Of a stretch of 24,000 bases of DNA, positions 21,298-24,000 are shown piece after piece; within the stretch, counting starts at the first letter, position 1, and every line of letters begins with the position of its first letter. The stretch lies in contig CAYUNE010000043.1 of the NCBI GenBank assembly GCA_964446115.1, forward strand, positions 16,781 through 40,780. Direction: 5' to 3'. The DNA comes from an uncultured Desulfobulbia bacterium (GTDB lineage: Bacteria > Desulfobacterota > Desulfobulbia > Desulfobulbales > Desulfobulbaceae). The notes beneath the pieces are model-generated. The model did not search any database. It saw only the letters and a list, made by a program, of their open reading frames with translations, and was not told the DNA's origin. Position numbers and translations under genes: made by a program.

Positions 21298-22704
21298 TCA
21301 ACTGTATCCCATCAGGGCCGGTAGCCAGAGCACGATCTGCGGCATGGCAATGAGGCCGGCGATGGTGAGGATATCGGCAACGAAAAACGGGGTCACGCCG
21401 CGGAAGACATCCTGCACCGAACACTCGGGCCGCACCCCGGCCACCACAAAACAGTTGAGACCGATGGGCGGGGTGATGAGACAGAGTTCCGCCATTTTGA
21501 CCACAATGATGCCAAACCAGATGGAACAGCCCACCCCAGAGATACCGAAGGCGGAATCGGCCGCCGCCACCGCATCGCCGCCGTTTAAGGCAATGACCGC
21601 CGGATAGACCACCGGCAGGGTAAGAAGCAGCATGCCGATGGCGTCCATAAACATGCCGAGGACGGCATAGGCCACCAGGATCAGCAGCAGGGTGATCATG
21701 GGGCTCTGGTCCAGCCCGGTGATCCAGTCGGAAAAGGCGGAGGGCAGGTCGGCAAAACCCAGAAAACGGACATAGAGCAGCACCCCCCAGATGATAGTGA
21801 AAATCATCACCGTCAACTTGCCGGTCTCCATGAGGGCGTTTTTGAGTTCCCCGAGCCGCATTCCCTTGTACAGGGCCATGCAGAGAATGATGAAGGCCCC
21901 CAGAGAACCGGCTTCGGTGGGGGTGCCCACACCGCCGTAAATACAGACGACGATAATGCCGACCACAAAAAAAATCGGCATCGATCCCGGCAGAACGGCA
22001 AACCGTTCCCTCCAGCTGTAGCTCCGGGCAGGTGGTCCAAAGCCTTTCCTGATCTTGGCCAGGATGATCACCAGGCCGCCGTAAATGAGAGCGGAAAAGG
22101 CTCCGGGCAGGAAACCGGCCATGAGCAGTGCCCCAACATCCTGTTCGACGATGATGGCGTAGATCACCAATATTGCCGAGGGTGGAATCAGCGAGGCCAG
22201 GGTGCCGCTGGCCGCCACCACTCCGGCGGCAAAGCGTTTGTCATACCCCAGTTTCAACATCTCCGGCACGGCAATGCGGCCAAAGACCGCGGCCGTGGCC
22301 ACCGAGGCTCCGGAGACCGCGGCAAATCCGGCAGCGGAAAAAACAGTGGCCACTCCCATGCCGCCGGGAAGCCATCCCACCCATCGTTTGGCCGCCGTAA
22401 ACAGGGCCCTTGTCAGCCCGGCATGGTAGGCCAGAAAACCGATGAGAATAAAGGTGGGAATCAGCGACAGGGCCAGGGTGGATATCTTCGAGTGGGGAAT
22501 GGTGCCGGCCATTTTCACCGCCACCATAAAGCCCTTGGCAAAGCCCAGGCGGGCGGAAAAAATCCACAGCAGGCCGAAAAAACCGGCGGCGGCGGCGGCA
22601 AATGCCACCCGAACGCCGATCAGTACGCAGACCATCATGAAACCGGTGACCCAAAGTCCGATGGAGACCTGGTCCATGGCGGCCATGGCCTCAAACAGGC
22701 CCAT
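21298..22704 (-). CDS. dctM: TRAP transporter large permease subunit (DctM family)
   Basis: From ATG 22702-22704 (AAGGAG SD, 7-nt spacer): MGLFEAMAAMDQVSIGLWVTGFMMVCVLIG..., a 468-aa polytopic protein with typical DctM hydrophobic layout. The Cys/Arg-rich N-terminal extension in the track ORF overlaps dctQ and looks spurious. Confidence 0.9.
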   Translation of the reverse strand: MGLFEAMAAMDQVSIGLWVTGFMMVCVLIGVRVAFAAAAAGFFGLLWIFSARLGFAKGFMVAVKMAGTIPHSKISTLALSLIPTFILIGFLAYHAGLTRALFTAAKRWVGWLPGGMGVATVFSAAGFAAVSGASVATAAVFGRIAVPEMLKLGYDKRFAAGVVAASGTLASLIPPSAILVIYAIIVEQDVGALLMAGFLPGAFSALIYGGLVIILAKIRKGFGPPARSYSWRERFAVLPGSMPIFFVVGIIVVCIYGGVGTPTEAGSLGAFIILCMALYKGMRLGELKNALMETGKLTVMIFTIIWGVLLYVRFLGFADLPSAFSDWITGLDQSPMITLLLILVAYAVLGMFMDAIGMLLLTLPVVYPAVIALNGGDAVAAADSAFGISGVGCSIWFGIIVVKMAELCLITPPIGLNCFVVAGVRPECSVQDVFRGVTPFFVADILTIAGLIAMPQIVLWLPALMGYS

Positions 22705-23338
22705 GCTCGTTCTCCTTTGCGGCGACGATTTCGTCTCCCAGCACCGCCTCGGCCTCGGCAGCGGCAACAGCCGCGGCATCCTCCACCAGCGGAACGGCAA
22801 CCGGCGAGTCACCCCCTTTCCCGATCGCCCGCAGATATCCCCACAGCTGCAGCAGCAACCGCAGGGCAAGGACCGTGAAAGCCGCCGGCACCACCAGTTT
22901 GGCCGGCCAGGTGGGCAGGTTGATATCCAGGGATGAGTCGCCTATGCTGTAAGCCCGGTAAAAGTGGAGCCATGATCCGTAGATAAGCACCAGGGTAACA
23001 GCGAGGATCAGTAGGGTGGAGAAAAACTCCACCAGCCAGAGCAGCCGCCCCCGGATATGCCCCACCACGATATCCATGCGGATATGACCTCCCTCCCGCT
23101 GGGTATGGGAAATACCCAGGAAGGCCATGAAGGCCATGGCCTGTTCCACCCAGTCGATATATCCGGAGATCGGCCGGGAAAACAGCCAGCGGCCAAGGAC
23201 ATTGGCGGTGGCCAAAAGAACCAGCAGCAGAATCACCAGGCCGCCGATGAGGGTCAGCATTGACTCAAAACGGTTGAACAGCCTGTCGATCCGGCTGAGG
23301 CCCGATCCGTCTTCTCGGACAGTATGTGCGCCGGCCAT
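22691..23338 (-). CDS. dctQ: TRAP transporter small permease subunit (DctQ family) with an Ala/Glu-rich C-terminal tail
   Basis: Four TM helices with the DctQ-like pattern: LTLIGGLVILLLVLLATANVLGRWLFSRPISGYIDWVEQAMAFMAFLG...GGHIRMD. Overlaps the dctM start by 14 nt. Confidence 0.85.
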   Translation of the reverse strand: MAGAHTVREDGSGLSRIDRLFNRFESMLTLIGGLVILLLVLLATANVLGRWLFSRPISGYIDWVEQAMAFMAFLGISHTQREGGHIRMDIVVGHIRGRLLWLVEFFSTLLILAVTLVLIYGSWLHFYRAYSIGDSSLDINLPTWPAKLVVPAAFTVLALRLLLQLWGYLRAIGKGGDSPVAVPLVEDAAAVAAAEAEAVLGDEIVAAKENEHGPV

Positions 23339-23365
23339 GGGAAAACCGATCCGGAAAAGCCGGCT

Positions 23366-24000
23366 CTACCGGGCGAAAAGCGCCTGGGTAAACTCGAACA
23401 ATCCCTTGGAATCAAACTGGCCGGCATATTTTTTGACCCAGTCGTCCCGCACCGACTTTGCCAGTTTGTTGAGCTCCACGGTCTGCTCCGGAGTGAAACA
23501 GACGCGGGTCAGCCCCTGCTGGGCCACGGCCTTTTCATACTGGCCGATGGTGTTGTTGGTGTAATTGTCCACATAATACTCCAGGGCCTCGTCCACTGAT
23601 CCCAGCAGGGCCTCGCGATTTTCCTTGCTCAGTCCATTGAGGGCGTCGGTATTGACCACCACCGGACAGTTGGCCGATCCCAGGTTCAGGTTGGTGGAAT
23701 ACCATTTGGCCACCTTATAAGTTTTGGTCGCCAGGTGGGCATGGGGGGCAAAGGTGGCGGCATCGATCACCCCCGAATCCATGGACTGGCGGACCTCGGA
23801 AAAGGGTACTCCGGTTTTCACCGCCCCCAGCTTGCTGAGCACTCCCATGATGCCGCCCGGACCGCGCACCCGCATTCCTTTGAAGTCGGATAATTTTTTC
23901 AGCGGCTCGGTCTTGCTGACGATGTTGTACTGGGGAAGCGGGGTGGGCATCAGCAGGGTGGCGTTCCAGCGGGCCAGATCCTTGACAACCGCCGGATGGG
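23366..24000 (-). CDS. dctP: TRAP transporter substrate-binding protein (DctP family), C-terminal part; 5' end beyond the window
   Basis: KGMRVRGPGGIMGVLSKLGAVKTGVPFSEVRQSMDSGVIDAATF... is the DctP pattern. The frame stays open upstream of the track's ATG 23950 to the window edge (HPAVVKDLARWNATLL-MPTPL), so the true start is outside the window. Confidence 0.85.
   Translation of the reverse strand, partial: HPAVVKDLARWNATLLMPTPLPQYNIVSKTEPLKKLSDFKGMRVRGPGGIMGVLSKLGAVKTGVPFSEVRQSMDSGVIDAATFAPHAHLATKTYKVAKWYSTNLNLGSANCPVVVNTDALNGLSKENREALLGSVDEALEYYVDNYTNNTIGQYEKAVAQQGLTRVCFTPEQTVELNKLAKSVRDDWVKKYAGQFDSKGLFEFTQALFAR

Noticed and set aside
22694-22813. 40-aa Ala/Glu-rich C-terminal tail on DctQ (GDSPVAVPLVEDAAAVAAAEAEAVLGDEIVAAKENEHGPV).
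   Set aside because: It is a low-complexity extension overlapping the dctM start region. It is probably a disordered linker, and nothing in the sequence suggests a function.
22705-22869. Cys-rich N-terminal extension of the dctM ORF (MPCGCCCSCGDICGRSGKG...), which superficially resembles a metal-binding or RiPP-like peptide.
   Set aside because: It lies out of frame over the 3' end of dctQ. An internal ATG at 22704 has a strong AAGGAG SD and starts a canonical DctM N-terminus.
1-24000. Mobile elements, CRISPR arrays, tRNA/rRNA genes, or long direct or inverted repeats marking an island boundary.
   Set aside because: I found none by reading both strands. Repeats are limited to the short intergenic palindromes and homopolymers listed above. 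The uniform strand orientation and codon style give no visible sign of recent horizontal insertion.

Overview
Every gene I can support in this GC-rich 24-kb window is on the minus strand: 21 CDS, with the first and last cut by the window edges. I see no rRNA, tRNA, CRISPR array, transposase, integrase or prophage content. In transcription order (high to low coordinates) there are four blocks. (1) A TRAP transporter, dctP-dctQ-dctM (24000-21298), followed by a long imperfect hairpin. (2) A tightly packed stress/ion module (21169-16200): an unusually short Hsp20-type sHSP, a LonC/YcbZ-type Lon-like protease with degenerate Walker motifs but an intact Ser-Lys dyad, a TrkH/KtrB-type K+ transporter whose start overlaps the protease stop (ATGA), and TrkA/KtrA. 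(3) An orphan mobB (16051-15530). (4) A 15.4-kb envelope glycoconjugate locus (15450-1). It encodes an AT3 O-acyltransferase, a membrane-embedded spermidine-synthase-like protein, a secreted CBM-like protein, a SAM methyltransferase, a GT-C-like polytopic protein, a GT-B glycosyltransferase, a PHP-like protein, an SDR epimerase, a pyruvyl transferase, a UPF0104 flippase-like protein, two hexapeptide acyltransferases and two more small exported proteins. Block 4 is my best candidate for an undescribed system. It is rich in tailoring enzymes but has no recognisable Wzx/Wzy/Wza/Wzc, ABC exporter or priming transferase in the window. Its SpeE-like protein appears to lack the catalytic acidic signatures. 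Two unrelated membrane enzymes in it share the same N-terminal extracytoplasmic domain. The sHSP / ATPase-dead Lon / K+ uptake operon is the second candidate. All family assignments come from motif recognition by eye; no database search or computation was run. Family names and Pfam numbers are from memory.
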